64,000 bases of DNA from Camelus ferus. Taxonomy: Eukaryota. Location of the stretch: positions 60,948,001 to 61,012,000 of the forward strand of contig NC_045707.1 in the NCBI RefSeq assembly GCF_009834535.1. The letters are read 5' to 3'. Positions 62,306 through 64,000 of this stretch are shown here, piece after piece (positions within the stretch are counted from its first letter, which is position 1; each line of letters begins with the position of its first letter). The position numbers and the translations under genes are program-made. The notes under the pieces were generated by a model, which saw nothing but the letters and a program-made list of their open reading frames with translations, did not search any database and was not told where the DNA came from.

Positions 62306-64000
62306 TTTAAGGAAAGTTATGTAAATTCAAGATGTTGTCATTCTTGCAAATAATCACTTGAAATATTCAGACATCACATCTCCCCAGCCCAATATAAATT
62401 TTTACTTAAATTATATAAACCATCTTACGGGGTTTATAGATATTGAAAATAAATTATTTAACTCTACTGTTTTAAAGAGTGAATTGTGACTTAGACCTTC
62501 CAAATATAATTTGTGTGGGTTAACAGAAATCTTAAGCAAGAAGAAAATTCATGAAAGAAAACAGATATATATTTCAAAATGGACATATTTAGAATACAGT
62601 TGTTAGACTATATTCTTTTTCAAAAATGTATTGAAAATTATTTATTTAGAAACTGGGTTAAAAAACTGTTTGGAATTTATTTTATCACCTGGCTCCTAAA
62701 ATATTCATGGAATGTTTCCCGTGTTACTAGTCAGGGCTCTCCCCCTCCACCCTCCCCAACTCTTGAAATTATCTCTGGAGCTGAAAAATGTTGAAATGAT
62801 TTGACTGTTTAAACAGTTACTTGAGGGAATAGCTGACTGACTTTTCTAGCCTCTCTGAGTAAGTGTCAGGAGAGATACTCCCTGAAAAAGGTTTTGTAGT
62901 GGGTAGTAGATCCATAAGCATCCACGAAATGCTAATAGGTGGGGAGGTTTGCTGTGTCGCTGCCCTGCCAAGGAATTAGGTGAATTTAATTCACAAAGCC
63001 CAAAATTCAATCACAAATAACAGTTTATGACCTCCCTAGGACTCAAAATACCCCAAACTAGACAACCTGGAGCAGAGTTCAGCATTCGTAACTTTTAATG
63101 AGATGACAGGGAGGAAAAAAGGAGAAGGATCCCTAATAAGTGTACGTACCCCAGCATCCTAGAAGCAGGTTTTTAATTCAAAATTAGGTATGCGCCCCAG
63201 GTGACGCCATTATTTCCTCTTACATAAAATGACCTTTGACAGGGCTTCATTCATAGCACTTGGCTTCCTCCCGGAGTCACAGCATTTGTCACAAGGCAGC
63301 GGGTTGCCTGCTTGTTCTTATGGGAGTGATGACTGGGAGGGCTTGATAGGGGGTGATGCTGACAGCCTCTCTCGGCTGCAGATTGTCAGCATTCCTGACC
63401 CGGGCGCTCCAAGAGCCTGGGAAAACACTTTGATTTCAATGTGGCTTTTAACAAACAATATCCAGTTGAGCCAAATGACTGTGTAAAATAGGTCCACAGA
63501 GCAGCTTTTGTGGGATTAGCTGGTTCTCCGTGCCCCTAGACAAATTCATGATAATGTGCGTGTCATAATCAGGGTACCCACTTATTGGTATGCATTTAAT
63601 TTGACAAGTAAAATCAAAATCCTTACTTCAAACTTATTGCACAGAAATGGACATATAGAACAAAGGTGAGAGACCGAGAGTGTCTGTGAATTCGAAACAT
63701 GGATAGAAGCAGGTATGAATTGGAAGGGTGTGAATTGTAAGGGTGAACGAGAGGCTTCTACCCTCCCGATGGGCAAAGCAAAGGGTGGTCCAGGCAGGCC
63801 TGGGAAGGGAAGAGATCTTGCAAGAAAATGGATGGGAAAGGAAGGTATTTTTTCCAAAGATTCCTTTAATTCATGCTTTCCCCAAATATCAATGAAAGTT
63901 TCCCTTTTTCTCAGCGTGTAAAATTCCTAAGGAACTTTAAGGCTTTAGTTGGTTTCTAACAAGTAATTAAGAACACCACTTTTTTTTTTAAATGGAAATT

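Noticed and set aside
1..64000. CRISPR arrays, rRNA or tRNA genes, prokaryotic-type systems
   Set aside because: None seen. The window is mammalian, and the only tRNA-like boxes belong to SINEs.

Overview
Mammalian genomic DNA, most likely a camelid: it carries a camelid-type tRNA-derived SINE and I saw no Alu, Bov-A/tA or PRE-1 elements. Two intact protein-coding genes lie head-to-tail on the + strand, in the same order and orientation as in human. NAP1L1 has a CpG-island promoter at about 7.6-9.0 kb, a non-coding exon 1, and 14 coding exons from ATG 18021 to TGA 36571. Hand-spliced these give 1176 nt (391 aa ending in CKQQ), followed by a long 3'UTR with many poly(A) signals. PHLDA1/TDAG51 has its whole CDS in exon 1 (51753 or 52176 to 52946), one 3'UTR intron, and a 3' end near 57.67 kb. 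The rest is old eutherian repeats (MIR, L2, L1M, MLT1, LTR16, MER20, MER58, Charlie, Tigger), one apparently younger ERV1-type solo LTR, and microsatellites. I found no wholly new biological system. The best leads are regulatory: a three-way C-terminal switch in NAP1L1 intron 13 that keeps or removes the CaaX box, a candidate poison exon, a run of rare AAG acceptors, an EPO-like HRE at the TOP promoter, the uORF layout of PHLDA1, and a DR3/AP-1 motif cluster downstream of PHLDA1. Repeat family names and boundaries come from recognition by eye and are approximate.
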